Shown here one piece after another: positions 35,815 through 45,733 of a stretch of DNA of 53,988 nt. The notes under the pieces are model-generated. The model was not told the DNA's origin. It searched no databases and saw nothing but the letters and a program-made list of their open reading frames with translations. The DNA is from a virus. Its lineage: Duplodnaviria; Caudoviricetes. Location of the stretch: the IMG/VR virus record IMGVR_UViG_3300036781_000312, positions 1 to 53,988 of that record; one strand, written 5' to 3'. The first letter of the stretch is position 1, and the number at the start of each line of letters is the position of its first letter. The position numbers and the translations under genes are program-made.

Positions 35815-37797
35815 ATGACGGTCGTGCAAGCAGGTTCTATCAACACCGCGGCCCTGAACGTTCCCGGCCTCTACGTCCAGATCCAACCGCCGCCGCCGGC
35901 GATCAACGGCCTGCGCACCGACATCCTCGGCATTGTGGGCACCGGCTCTTGGGGGCCGGTCAACGCGCCTTTCACCGCCAACGGCCTGCGCAGTGCCGCC
36001 GCCATGTTCGGCTCGCCCAACGCGCGGAAGTACGACCTGGTGACTGCCGCCTGGATTGCCGAGCAGCAGGGTGCCAACAACATGCGCCTGGTGCGCGTGA
36101 CCGACGGCAGCGACACCGCCGCGTCCGCCGCCATCACCGCCACCGGCACCGCCATCACCCTCTCGAGCAAGTACACCGGCACGCTGGGGAATCAGCTCAA
36201 GGCGATCATGAGCGCCGGCAGCCAGGCCAACACCTTTAAGGTGAGCCTGTCCATGCCGGGTGTGGTGCCGGAGGTGTTCGACAACATTTCGCAGGGCGTC
36301 TCCGGCATCACCGTGACGCCTGGCACCGGCTACACCAGCGTGCCGTCTCTGGCGCTGTCGGCCCCGCAGGGGGCCGGCGGCGTGCAGGCGACCGCATCGC
36401 CGTCGCTCCAGCTCGTCGCCACCGCGCCCACGGTCGCCGCTGGCGGCACCGGCTACGTCGCCAACGACACGATCACCCTTCCGAACGGCGTGGTGCTCAA
36501 GGTCGCCACTATCAACTCTGGCGCGGTGGCCACCGTCACCGTGCTCAATTCCGGCAGCATCACCGGCGGAGCGGTGCCGGCGAATCCGGTGGCACAGGCG
36601 GCCACCTCCGGCGGCGGCACCGGCGCGACCTTCACCCTGGTTTGGGGGCTGGGGCCGGTCACGATCACCAATCCCGGCAGCGGCTACACTTCGGCCACCG
36701 CGACGCTCAACGGCGGCGCGGGCACCGGCGGCAGCATGGTGGTGCTCTGCACCTACTGGCTCAACATGGCCAACGCCATCAACCTCGGCCAGTCCGGCGT
36801 GCGCGGCCCCTCCCAACTCATGACCGCTGTGGCGGGCGCCGGCACCGGCGCGCCGACGGCGGGCACGACCTCGCTGACCGGCGGCACCGACGGCGCTGGC
36901 AGCATCAACGGCAGCACGCTGGTGGGCAGCGATGCTGCGACCCCGCGCAGCGGCATGTATGCGCTGCGCGCCACCGGCGTGTCGGTCGCCATGCTGGCCG
37001 ACGTTGACGACGTTACCACCTGGGCGGCGCAGAGCGCTTTCGGCCTGTCCGAAGGCGTCTACATGCACGTCGTCGGCCCGGTGAGCGACACCATCGCCAA
37101 CGCGCCGATCGTGAAAGCCAACGCCGGCGTCGACAACTACGACGTGAAGGTGGCCTTCGGCGATTACATCTACTTCAACGACACGATCAACAACCAGATC
37201 CGCCTCGTCAGCCCGCAAGCCTTCTTCGCCGGACGCATCGCCAACCTGTCGCCGCAGTTCTCCTCGCTGAACCAGCCGATGCAGGGCATCGTCGGCACCC
37301 AGCGCTCCTTTGCGAACCAGCTCTACAGCGATGCCGAAATTGGCGTGCTGGCGCAGGCCGGCATCGACGTGATCACCAACCCGATCCCCGCCGGCGCGAT
37401 GTTCGGCGCGCGCATCGGGCACAACAGCTCCAGCAACGTCGCCATCCACGGCGACAACTACACGCGCATGACCAACTTCATCGCGTACACGCTGAATTCG
37501 GCGCTGGGCATCTTCGTCGGCCGCCTGCAGTCCAAGCGCCCGGACGACGCCTACCGCCGCGAGTTGAAAAGCACTGTCGACACCTGGTTCGACACCCTGA
37601 TTCAACAGGTGATGATCGACGACTTCCAGAGCCAGTGCGACCTCAACAACAACCTGGCGGCGCGCATCGCACTGGGCTATTCGCAGATCGACATCAAGGT
37701 GGTCTACCTGTCGGTCGTCGAATACCTGATCGCCAACCTCCAGGGTGGGCAGACCGTGTCCATCCAGCGCGTCTCCGTGACGCCGCAGCCGCAGTAA
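35815..37797 (+). CDS. Tail sheath protein
   Basis: VPGLYVQI, GSWGPVN, LTGGTDG sheath motifs. Confidence 0.9.
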   Translation: MTVVQAGSINTAALNVPGLYVQIQPPPPAINGLRTDILGIVGTGSWGPVNAPFTANGLRSAAAMFGSPNARKYDLVTAAWIAEQQGANNMRLVRVTDGSDTAASAAITATGTAITLSSKYTGTLGNQLKAIMSAGSQANTFKVSLSMPGVVPEVFDNISQGVSGITVTPGTGYTSVPSLALSAPQGAGGVQATASPSLQLVATAPTVAAGGTGYVANDTITLPNGVVLKVATINSGAVATVTVLNSGSITGGAVPANPVAQAATSGGGTGATFTLVWGLGPVTITNPGSGYTSATATLNGGAGTGGSMVVLCTYWLNMANAINLGQSGVRGPSQLMTAVAGAGTGAPTAGTTSLTGGTDGAGSINGSTLVGSDAATPRSGMYALRATGVSVAMLADVDDVTTWAAQSAFGLSEGVYMHVVGPVSDTIANAPIVKANAGVDNYDVKVAFGDYIYFNDTINNQIRLVSPQAFFAGRIANLSPQFSSLNQPMQGIVGTQRSFANQLYSDAEIGVLAQAGIDVITNPIPAGAMFGARIGHNSSSNVAIHGDNYTRMTNFIAYTLNSALGIFVGRLQSKRPDDAYRRELKSTVDTWFDTLIQQVMIDDFQSQCDLNNNLAARIALGYSQIDIKVVYLSVVEYLIANLQGGQTVSIQRVSVTPQPQ

Positions 37798-37815
37798 CCG
37801 TTCAACCACCCAACC

Positions 37816-37847
37816 AGAGGGCCGCCTAGCGCGGCCCTTTTCTTTTT
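37816..37847 (+). terminator. Intrinsic terminator
   Basis: AGGGCCGC-loop-GCGGCCCT + T runs. Confidence 0.7.
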
Positions 37848-37859
37848 GGAGAGCCCATC

Positions 37860-38291
37860 ATGCCGTTGAATGGCTACACCGTCGGCCGGGATCTGTCCCT
37901 CGACATCGTCGGCCCCACCGGGCCGATCCGGTTCAACCAGATCACCGAGTTCAAGGCCAAGCCGGACATCACCGATCAGAAGATCAAGGGGCTGGACGGC
38001 ATCACCCGGCACCTTCGTTTCCCCGACGGCTGGTCGGGCTCGTTCTCGATCGAGCGGCAGGACAGCGCCCTGGACGACTACTGGGCGCAGCTCGAGGCGA
38101 ACTACTACGCCGGCATCAACGAGCAAAGCCTGACCATCACCGAGACCATCACCGAGGTGAACGGCAGCGTGTCCCAGTATCGCTTCCAGGAAGTGTTGCT
38201 GAAACTGGACGATGCCGGCGACTACAAAGGCGACGCCAGCGTGAAGCAGATGCTCAGCTTCGTGGCTGCCCGCCGCATCAAGGTGTCCTAA
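37860..38291 (+). CDS. Tail tube protein
   Basis: 143 aa directly after the sheath gene. Confidence 0.8.
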   Translation: MPLNGYTVGRDLSLDIVGPTGPIRFNQITEFKAKPDITDQKIKGLDGITRHLRFPDGWSGSFSIERQDSALDDYWAQLEANYYAGINEQSLTITETITEVNGSVSQYRFQEVLLKLDDAGDYKGDASVKQMLSFVAARRIKVS

Positions 38292-38293
38292 GC

Positions 38294-38701
38294 ATGTCGA
38301 AAATCGAACTCGTCACCGCGCCGCCCGCCGGCGCCAACAGCCCCACCCAGCAGGCGGTCGCGCGCGCCGCCGCGGCCCACGACATCATCGACAACCTGGG
38401 CCGCATCATCACGCTCAAGAAGCCGGGCGTGCTGGCGCAGTTCCGCATCGTCGAAATCATGGAGTCCTCGGCAAAGAACGAGGTGTACATGGCGATGGTG
38501 ATGCCCATCATCTTCGTGGCCGCGATCGACGGCGATCCGGTGCTGATGCCGAACTCCAAGCGCGAGGTGGAAGCGCTGATTTCGCGGCTGGACGATGAAG
38601 GCGTGGATGCCGTCCACAAGGGCGTGGTCGAGCACTTCGGCGGCGGCGCAGTGACGCCGGAGGAAGCTGACCGGCAGAAGACCGTAATAAAAAACTCGTA
38701 A
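38294..38701 (+). CDS. Tail assembly chaperone (G-like)
   Basis: Position; slippery A-AAA-AAC just before the stop. Confidence 0.8.
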   Translation: MSKIELVTAPPAGANSPTQQAVARAAAAHDIIDNLGRIITLKKPGVLAQFRIVEIMESSAKNEVYMAMVMPIIFVAAIDGDPVLMPNSKREVEALISRLDDEGVDAVHKGVVEHFGGGAVTPEEADRQKTVIKNS

Positions 38702-38868
38702 GGGCCTCGCCACTGCAGGAATGCCTCTGGCTGATCAAGAACGGCATTCCCTTTGACGTGGCCTTTCAACTCGACGACCTGACGCGCACCGCCTGGTCGA
38801 TCATGTTCAGTGAAATGGAGGGCCATGTGTTCGATTTCAGCACGATGGCCTTCAAGGAACAAACCTGA
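38689..38868 (+). CDS. -1 frameshift extension of tail chaperone (GT-like)
   Basis: Open -1 frame LVRASPLQECLWLIKNGIPFDVAF... to TGA at 38868, overlapping the next ATG. Confidence 0.8.
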   Translation, partial: KKLVRASPLQECLWLIKNGIPFDVAFQLDDLTRTAWSIMFSEMEGHVFDFSTMAFKEQT

Positions 38869-39350
38869 TGTCCGGCGTCAAGGAATTCCACGACATCGCC
38901 CACTTCCTCGCCCACCTCGCGCATGTCGAGGTGGCGGTGAAGGTGACGGAGCACCACGCGCTGGAGCACGCCTGCCGGATCATCGAGAAGGATGCCAAGG
39001 GGCAATTCGGTCGGTATCAGGGTGATGTGCCGCCCTTCGGCGCCTGGCCGCCACTGGCGGAAACCACCCTCAAGCAGCACAACGACCTCGGCGTCGGCGA
39101 TACGCCGCTGCTGGTGAGCGGCTATCTGCGCGAGAGCATCAGCCACGAGGTGGAAGGCAAAAACGCCGTCGTGGGCTCGGACGACGACGTGATGGTTTAT
39201 CAGGAACTGGGCACCGACAAGATTCCGCCGCGGCCGGTGCTCGGGCCGGCGGGCATCAAATCCGGCCCGGCGGTGGCGAAGCTGCTGGGTGAAGCCGTCG
39301 TAGAGGCGATGGAGTACGGCGCGGTGGCCGACTGGGTCAAGCTGAAATAG
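38868..39350 (+). CDS. HK97 gp10-like tail component
   Basis: SGYLRESI...YQELGTDKIPPRPVLGPA. Confidence 0.75.
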   Translation: MSGVKEFHDIAHFLAHLAHVEVAVKVTEHHALEHACRIIEKDAKGQFGRYQGDVPPFGAWPPLAETTLKQHNDLGVGDTPLLVSGYLRESISHEVEGKNAVVGSDDDVMVYQELGTDKIPPRPVLGPAGIKSGPAVAKLLGEAVVEAMEYGAVADWVKLK

Positions 39351-39564
39351 CGGCCCAAAACAGCAGCGCCAGCAGGGACAGCAGCGCGGCGCACACGACC
39401 AAGCCGGTGACGCCCATCACCACCAGAAATATGCGCGTGCTCAAGGGCATGGTGTTGCGCCAGAACGGTGGCCGCGGCCCCGACAGATTTGGGTATTGGA
39501 CCCACGAAACATGATCCGCGAGCCATTCATGGGCGCGGAATCGAAGCGAAATCGGACGATTCAT
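39337..39564 (-). CDS. Antisense-oriented small membrane protein (moron)
   Basis: Fills the gap between tail genes; long C-terminal hydrophobic stretch. Confidence 0.6.
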   Translation of the reverse strand: MNRPISLRFRAHEWLADHVSWVQYPNLSGPRPPFWRNTMPLSTRIFLVVMGVTGLVVCAALLSLLALLFWAAISA

Positions 39565-41437
39565 GTTCTCTGCCTACAAAATCGGCGTGCAGTTGTCGCT
39601 CGCGAGCAACCTGGGGACCGGGCTGGCGCTGCTCGCCACCCAGTTCTCGGCGCTCAACAAGCACGTCGGGGGCACACAGAATAGCGTAAATCAGCTGGAA
39701 AAGCAGTTGCTGTCGATCAAGCGCCTGGGCCTGATCGGCGGGGCGCTGACGGCCGTGGGCACCTTCGGCCTGGCCGCCCTCAAGGGGCCGCTGGACGAGG
39801 CGCGCAAGTTCCAGACCGAGGTGGCGCGCTTCACCGCGCTGGGCCTGGGCGACCGCGCCAATGCGGACGCGGTCAAGTTCGCCAACGGCATGAACATCAT
39901 GGGCAGCAGCGCCCGCGAAAACCTCAAGCTGCTCAAGGAAGCGACCGCGATCACCGGCGACCTGCACCACGCCATGGAAATCACGCCGCTCCTGGCGAAA
40001 ATGAAGTTCGGCATCGAGTCGGTGATGGGCGAAGGCTCAGGCGCCGGCTTCGAGCGCATGTTCCAGGACGCCATCAAGGTGACGGAGCTGCGCGGCGCGC
40101 TGGTGGACCGTCAAACCGGCCACATCGACACCGCGAAGTTCACCCGCGTGCTCGACATGATGACGAAGGCCTACGTTGCCAGCGGCGGCACGGTCAAGCC
40201 CAGCGACTACCTGGCCGCGATCAAGACCGGCGGCCTGTCGGCGAAGCTGATGAACGACGAAATGTTCTTCTACGGCCTCGGGCACTTCATGCAGGAATCC
40301 GGCGGCAGCCGCACCGGCACCGCCGCCATGTCGATGTTCCAGAACTGGGCGATGGGCCGCATGCCGCAGCGCGTCGCGGAACGCATGTCCGGGCTCGGCT
40401 TGCTCGACCCGAAGGCGATCCACTACGGCACGACCGGACACATCACCGGCGTGGACCCGATGGGCATCGTGCGCGCGCAGGAATTCACGCAAAACCCGTT
40501 CAAGTACGTGAATGAGGTAGTAGTGCCGCTGCTCCAGAAAAAGGGCTACAGCGGCGACAACCTCAATCTGCAGCTCGGGACACTGTTCGGCATCCGCACG
40601 GCGCAGAACCTGGCCGACCAGATGGTGCGAGAGCAGAAGGTGGCCGACCTGTACATCACGCGCGCCGGCAAGGCCAGCGGCATCGAAGGGCTATACAAGG
40701 GCGGCACCAACACCGTTGATGGGCAATTTATCAACCTGCACGCCCAATGGGCCAATGTGATGAAGGAACTGGGGATCACCATCCTGCCGGTTGCCATTCG
40801 TGCCTTGCGAATCGTCAATGAAGTATTGAGCGATGGAGTAAGGCTGATGCGTGAGTACCCGAAGTTCACCCAGTACATGACCGTGGCGTTTGGCGTGCTG
40901 TCCGCCATCGTCGCCACCGGCGGCGTCGTCATGATGGCCACCGCCGCGTTCAAGGCGCTGGGCCTGGCTCTCGCAATGCAGGGCATCGGTGGCGCCGCCG
41001 GCATCACCAAGATGGGCCTGGCGATGGGCGGCCTCAAGGGCGGGCTCGTCGCGCTGTCGGCCGGGATCGGCTACCTCGCCGGCACCCTGCTCAACGACAA
41101 GGTGATCACCCCACTGATCCAGAAATTCAGCGGCAACAAAAACGGCACCCTCGGGACCGAGATTTACAACTGGTTCCACGACGACGAAAACAACCCCGGC
41201 GCGCGCCGCAGCGGCCAGTGGGGGCCGGCGTATACCGGCCCCGGTTCGCGCGTGGTGCCCACCGGCAAGCCAACCCAGACCATCCAGGTGCAAACCCAGA
41301 TCAACATGGACGGGCGCAAGCTCGCCGACGCCGTGACCGCGCACCAGGCGCGCGAAGCCGCGCGGCCGGTCGGCGGCACGATGGGCTTTGATCCTTCCAT
41401 GGCGCCGCGGCCTCTAGGCGCCAGCGGCGGATTCTGA
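39563..41437 (+). CDS. Tape measure protein
   Basis: Long Ala/Gly-rich helical ORF with hydrophobic segments, after the chaperones. Confidence 0.85.
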   Translation: MFSAYKIGVQLSLASNLGTGLALLATQFSALNKHVGGTQNSVNQLEKQLLSIKRLGLIGGALTAVGTFGLAALKGPLDEARKFQTEVARFTALGLGDRANADAVKFANGMNIMGSSARENLKLLKEATAITGDLHHAMEITPLLAKMKFGIESVMGEGSGAGFERMFQDAIKVTELRGALVDRQTGHIDTAKFTRVLDMMTKAYVASGGTVKPSDYLAAIKTGGLSAKLMNDEMFFYGLGHFMQESGGSRTGTAAMSMFQNWAMGRMPQRVAERMSGLGLLDPKAIHYGTTGHITGVDPMGIVRAQEFTQNPFKYVNEVVVPLLQKKGYSGDNLNLQLGTLFGIRTAQNLADQMVREQKVADLYITRAGKASGIEGLYKGGTNTVDGQFINLHAQWANVMKELGITILPVAIRALRIVNEVLSDGVRLMREYPKFTQYMTVAFGVLSAIVATGGVVMMATAAFKALGLALAMQGIGGAAGITKMGLAMGGLKGGLVALSAGIGYLAGTLLNDKVITPLIQKFSGNKNGTLGTEIYNWFHDDENNPGARRSGQWGPAYTGPGSRVVPTGKPTQTIQVQTQINMDGRKLADAVTAHQAREAARPVGGTMGFDPSMAPRPLGASGGF

Positions 41438-42396
41438 TGAAACCCGACACCGTACTCACCATCGGCGAATTTGAGTTCAGCGGCACCGAAATCCCCGAGC
41501 GCATCCCTTTCGGCGGCCGGCAGACCCTGAAAGTGCACCAACTGGTGGGCGGCGCGCGCGTGGTCGACGCCATGGGCAAAGAGGACGACCCGTTGGCGTG
41601 GTCCGGCATCATGAACGGGCAGAACGCCCTGCTGCGTGCGCGGTACCTGAAAAGCCTGTGCAACTCCGGGCAGGCGGTGCCGCTGTTCTGGTCGCAGCTC
41701 GCCTACAACGTGATCATCGACCGCTTCGACCCGGTGTACGAGCTGTTCCACCGCATCCCGTACAGCATTTCCTGCACGGTGGTGTCAGACTACAACTACC
41801 CGGTGACGCAGATCGCGCCGGCGGGCGTGGATGATGCCATCCGCGCCGATATGACGTCGGCGATGGGCCTGGGCGACCTGATTGGCGACGGGCCGCTGTC
41901 GGCCGCGCTGGGCACGCTCAACAGCGCGATCAGCGCGGTGTCGAACTTCGCCACCGCCACCCAGAGCATGATCAACGGCGTGCTGGCGCCGCTGGCCGCC
42001 GTGCAGGCGCGGGTGGGCATCCTGACCTCTAGCCTCGGCAACACCATCGCCAGCGTCACCACGCTGGGCGGCGTGCTCCCCAACAACCCGATCTCGCAGA
42101 TCGCCAGCCGCCTGACGAACCAGGTGGTCGCCATGAACCAGTTGCCGCAGCTCTACAGCCTCGGCAGCGTGCTCGGGCGCATGGGCGGCAACCTCGGCAC
42201 CATCGGCGGCGGCGCGAACATCGTGGCGACCGCCGGCGGCAACCTGTTCAGCATGGCGGAGAAGGCCTACGGCGACATTACGGCCTGGACCGGCATAGCC
42301 AAAGCGAATTCGCTGGTGGACCCGCAAATCGCCGGCCTGGCCAACATCGTCATTCCGGCGGTGAAGGACCTGACGGGCGGCATCCTGTCGGCGTAA
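41437..42396 (+). CDS. Baseplate tube-initiator protein with LysM-like C-terminus
   Basis: LFSMAEKAYGDITAWTGIAKAN; position. Confidence 0.7.
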   Translation: MKPDTVLTIGEFEFSGTEIPERIPFGGRQTLKVHQLVGGARVVDAMGKEDDPLAWSGIMNGQNALLRARYLKSLCNSGQAVPLFWSQLAYNVIIDRFDPVYELFHRIPYSISCTVVSDYNYPVTQIAPAGVDDAIRADMTSAMGLGDLIGDGPLSAALGTLNSAISAVSNFATATQSMINGVLAPLAAVQARVGILTSSLGNTIASVTTLGGVLPNNPISQIASRLTNQVVAMNQLPQLYSLGSVLGRMGGNLGTIGGGANIVATAGGNLFSMAEKAYGDITAWTGIAKANSLVDPQIAGLANIVIPAVKDLTGGILSA

Positions 42397-42398
42397 CC

Positions 42399-43520
42399 AT
42401 GTGGCTCAACACCGTACCGGCGCCGTCGGAAGGCCGTCGCCCGCGCGGGCTCGTGCGCGTCAACGACGTGGTCTTGCCCGGCTGGGTGGAATGGGAGGCG
42501 GAGGGAAACAGCTTCTACCAGGCCGACACCTTCCGGGTCCAGTTCGCCGTCTCCGCCCTGCCGGCGGACCACGGCGCCGATTGGTGGTCGCGCCAGCAGG
42601 AGATTTTCGTCGAGCTATTCGGGGGCTTCCCTGACGATCCCGACCACTTCGCGCCCACCGACCTCAAGAGCGAGCTTTACGGCCGCGTCGACCAGCTCGA
42701 CTTCGACATTGTGGCCGGCACCATCGTCCTCACCGGGCGCGACCTTACCAGCGTGCTGATCGACACGAAGACCACGCAGAAATGGCCGAACCTGACGGCC
42801 TCGGGTATCGCCACCGCCATCGCCGTCGAGCATGGCCTGACGCCGGTTGTCACGTCGACCACCACCAAAGCCGGCACGTACTACGAAATCGACCACGTCG
42901 CCCTGACCGATGAGCGAAGCGAGTGGGACCTGCTGACCTGGCTGGCGCGGCAGGAACAGTTCAACGTCTACGTACGCGGGAAAGAACTGCACTTCGAGCC
43001 CGCGGCGTCGCCCTCGGACACCGCCTACTTGCTGAAATGGGTGCCGCCCAGCGCCGACGCCCCGCCGCAGTTCAACGGCGTCAGCCTGAGCTTTTCGCGC
43101 AATCTCACGCTGGCGAAGGGCATCACCGTCACGGTGCGGTCGTGGCATACGAAGAGCAAAAAGAGTTTTTCGGAGTCCTTCCCGCGCACCGGCCGCAGCA
43201 TCCAGGCGGGCAAGGCGAAGCCTTTCGGCGCGACGCAGGCTTACACCTACACGATCCCGAACCTGACGCCGGAGCAGGCGCTGCAAAAGGCGCAGGCGCT
43301 GCACAAGGAAATCACCGACCACGAAATGCGGATGAGCGCGACGCTTCCCGGCGACGCCATCCTGACCACGCGCAACGTCATCCAGGTGGCAGGCACCGGC
43401 ACCGCGTTCGACCAGATCTACTACCCGGACAGCATCAAGCGGGTGTTGAGCGCGTCCGGTGGCTACGACATGTCGGTGACGTCGAAAAACCACTCCCCCG
43501 AGAGCCTGGCGGCCGTATGA
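42399..43520 (+). CDS. Baseplate hub (late control gpD-like)
   Basis: ADTF, LTGRD, SEWDLL motifs; position. Confidence 0.8.
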   Translation: MWLNTVPAPSEGRRPRGLVRVNDVVLPGWVEWEAEGNSFYQADTFRVQFAVSALPADHGADWWSRQQEIFVELFGGFPDDPDHFAPTDLKSELYGRVDQLDFDIVAGTIVLTGRDLTSVLIDTKTTQKWPNLTASGIATAIAVEHGLTPVVTSTTTKAGTYYEIDHVALTDERSEWDLLTWLARQEQFNVYVRGKELHFEPAASPSDTAYLLKWVPPSADAPPQFNGVSLSFSRNLTLAKGITVTVRSWHTKSKKSFSESFPRTGRSIQAGKAKPFGATQAYTYTIPNLTPEQALQKAQALHKEITDHEMRMSATLPGDAILTTRNVIQVAGTGTAFDQIYYPDSIKRVLSASGGYDMSVTSKNHSPESLAAV

Positions 43521-44176
43521 GCATGAAGCACCTCCTCAACCAGATTCGCCTCCAGGCGCAACTGGCGGAGTCGAACCGCGCCGCGCCGCGCATGTGCCTG
43601 GTGAGCAGCTACGACCCGAGCAGCTACTGCGCCAAAGTGATGGTGCAGCCGGAAAACACTGAATCGGGCTGGCTGTCGGTGGCATCGATGTGGGTAGGCA
43701 ACGGCTGGGGCATGTTTTCGCCGCCGGTGCCGGGCACGATGGTTAACGTCCACTTCCAGGAGGACGATTTCCAGTCCGGTTACATCTGCGCCGCCTTCTA
43801 CAACGACGAGGAGCGCCCGCTGGCGGTGCCGGCCGGCGAACTCTGGATGCAGCACAAGAATGGCGCCTTCCTCAAGCTGCAAAACGACGGCAGCGCGACC
43901 TTTTCCGACGGCGCCGGCGCCACGGTGCGCCTGAACGGCGACGGCACGATCACCAGCGCCGCCACCAAATGGGACCACACCGGCCCGGTCAACATCACCG
44001 GCGACGTGACCATCACCGGCAACGAGAAGGTCAACGGCAACATCGTCGCCAGCCAAGACATCAGCGACCACAACACCAAGTCGATGGCGGGCATGCGCAC
44101 GACGTTCAACAGCCACACCCATCCGGAGAACGGTACGGGCGGCGGCACCACCAGCGCGCCCAACCAGAACATGTAA
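43517..44176 (+). CDS. Baseplate spike (gpV-like)
   Basis: ESGWL, beta-helix repeats, C-terminal HTH (His-x-His). Confidence 0.88.
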   Translation: MSMKHLLNQIRLQAQLAESNRAAPRMCLVSSYDPSSYCAKVMVQPENTESGWLSVASMWVGNGWGMFSPPVPGTMVNVHFQEDDFQSGYICAAFYNDEERPLAVPAGELWMQHKNGAFLKLQNDGSATFSDGAGATVRLNGDGTITSAATKWDHTGPVNITGDVTITGNEKVNGNIVASQDISDHNTKSMAGMRTTFNSHTHPENGTGGGTTSAPNQNM

Positions 44177-44586
44177 TGGCCCAGCAGCTAAACGACCTCT
44201 TCCACTACTTCGGCAGCGACATCGCGGCATCGTCGACCGGGGATTTGCAGCCGGTGGACAGCGCCACGCGCGGGAAGCAGCGCATTCTGCGCCGCCTGCT
44301 CAACAACCCGACAGTGCGAAACGCAGACGGCAGCGTGGATCAGGGCGACTACATTTTTGAGCCCGGCTACGGCGCGGGTCTGGGCAAGTGGGTCGGGAAA
44401 CTCCGCGACGACGCGAAGATCAAGGCGTTGATTTTGGGCCAGATGCAGCTCGAAGACTCGGTGGCGCAGATACCAGAGCCGCAAATCATCTTGCAGGACA
44501 TTCCCGACGGCCTCTTCGTCTCGATCAGCTACGTCGATGCGCCGACCAACACCCCGCAAGTGCTTTCGTTCAACGTGACGGCATAG
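44176..44586 (+). CDS. Baseplate wedge gp25/gpW-like protein
   Basis: QRILRRLL...PGYGAGL. Confidence 0.75.
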   Translation: MAQQLNDLFHYFGSDIAASSTGDLQPVDSATRGKQRILRRLLNNPTVRNADGSVDQGDYIFEPGYGAGLGKWVGKLRDDAKIKALILGQMQLEDSVAQIPEPQIILQDIPDGLFVSISYVDAPTNTPQVLSFNVTA

Positions 44587-44590
44587 GCCA

Positions 44591-45733
44591 ATGGCAACCC
44601 CGAACACCAAGACCTTCGCGCAGCTCGTCTCCGACCAGGTAGCCGCTATCCAAGGCGCGGCGCGATCGCTCGTCGATTTGACGGTAGGCAGCATCTTGCT
44701 TGCTGTGGTGCAGGCGAACGCCGCGGTGCAGCTATGGCTGCAAGGCCTGATCCTGCTGCTGCTCGCCACCACGCGCGCCTCGACCTCGACCGGCAGCGAC
44801 CTCGATACCTTCGTCGGCGATTTCGGCCTGACGCGCGAGCCCGCGGTGGCGGCGATCGGCACCGTGACGTTCACCCGCTTCACGGCCAGCCAGCAGGCGA
44901 GCCTGCCGGTCGGCGCGACCGTGCAGACCGCCGACGGGACGCAGAAGTTTGTTGTGGTGGCCGACCCGGAGAACGGTGCGTATAACAGCGGCGACAACAC
45001 TTACGTGCTGCCGGTGAACACGGCCTCGTTGGATGTGCCAGTGCAAGCGGCGACGGCCGGCATCGGCGGCAACGCCCAGGCCGGGCAGATCAACACCATC
45101 ACCCAGGCGCTGCCGGGTATCGACACGGTCAACAACGCCCAGTCGTTCACTTCCGGCAAGGACGCCGAGGGCGACGCCGCGCTGCGCCTGCGCTTCATCG
45201 CCTTCATCGCCAGCCTGTCGAAAGGCACCAAGGGCGCGATCGACTACGCCATCACCTCGCTGCAGGTAGGCGTCACCGATACGCTGGTGGAAAATGAGAC
45301 CTACGAAGGCGTCGGAAAAGACGGCTATTTCTACGCGGTGGTCGACGACGGCACCGGCATGCCTTCCGACGAGTTCATTTCCACGGCAAACAACGCGATC
45401 GACGCGGTACGCCCGTTCACCTCCACCTTTGGCGTTTTCAAGCCGGTGCTCGTGAACGCCGATGTCACGATGGTGATCACCACTGGTCCGGGCTACACGC
45501 ATGCCGATGAGGTTGCGATGGTGGTGGCAGCGCTGAGCACCTTCATTGGCACTCTGCCGCGAGACAAGGAAACGCAGGTCCAGACCATGCCATATTCGCG
45601 CCTGTCGCAGATTGCTTACGACACGAGCCCAGGGGTTACCAACGTCACCGGTATCTTGCTCAACGGCGGAACCGACGATCTAACGGCAGACGCGAAGCAC
45701 AAGATTCAACCGCATACCCTGGACGTGACGTAA
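44591..45733 (+). CDS. Baseplate J-like protein
   Basis: GSDLD...GLTR..A, GKDAEGDAALRLR. Confidence 0.9.
   Translation: MATPNTKTFAQLVSDQVAAIQGAARSLVDLTVGSILLAVVQANAAVQLWLQGLILLLLATTRASTSTGSDLDTFVGDFGLTREPAVAAIGTVTFTRFTASQQASLPVGATVQTADGTQKFVVVADPENGAYNSGDNTYVLPVNTASLDVPVQAATAGIGGNAQAGQINTITQALPGIDTVNNAQSFTSGKDAEGDAALRLRFIAFIASLSKGTKGAIDYAITSLQVGVTDTLVENETYEGVGKDGYFYAVVDDGTGMPSDEFISTANNAIDAVRPFTSTFGVFKPVLVNADVTMVITTGPGYTHADEVAMVVAALSTFIGTLPRDKETQVQTMPYSRLSQIAYDTSPGVTNVTGILLNGGTDDLTADAKHKIQPHTLDVT

Noticed and set aside
35770-37809. Long antisense ORFs (also 30044..31549, 32305..33480, 10765..12279, 9506..10696)
   Set aside because: Shadow frames of GC-rich genes; no motifs, and they lie opposite well-supported genes
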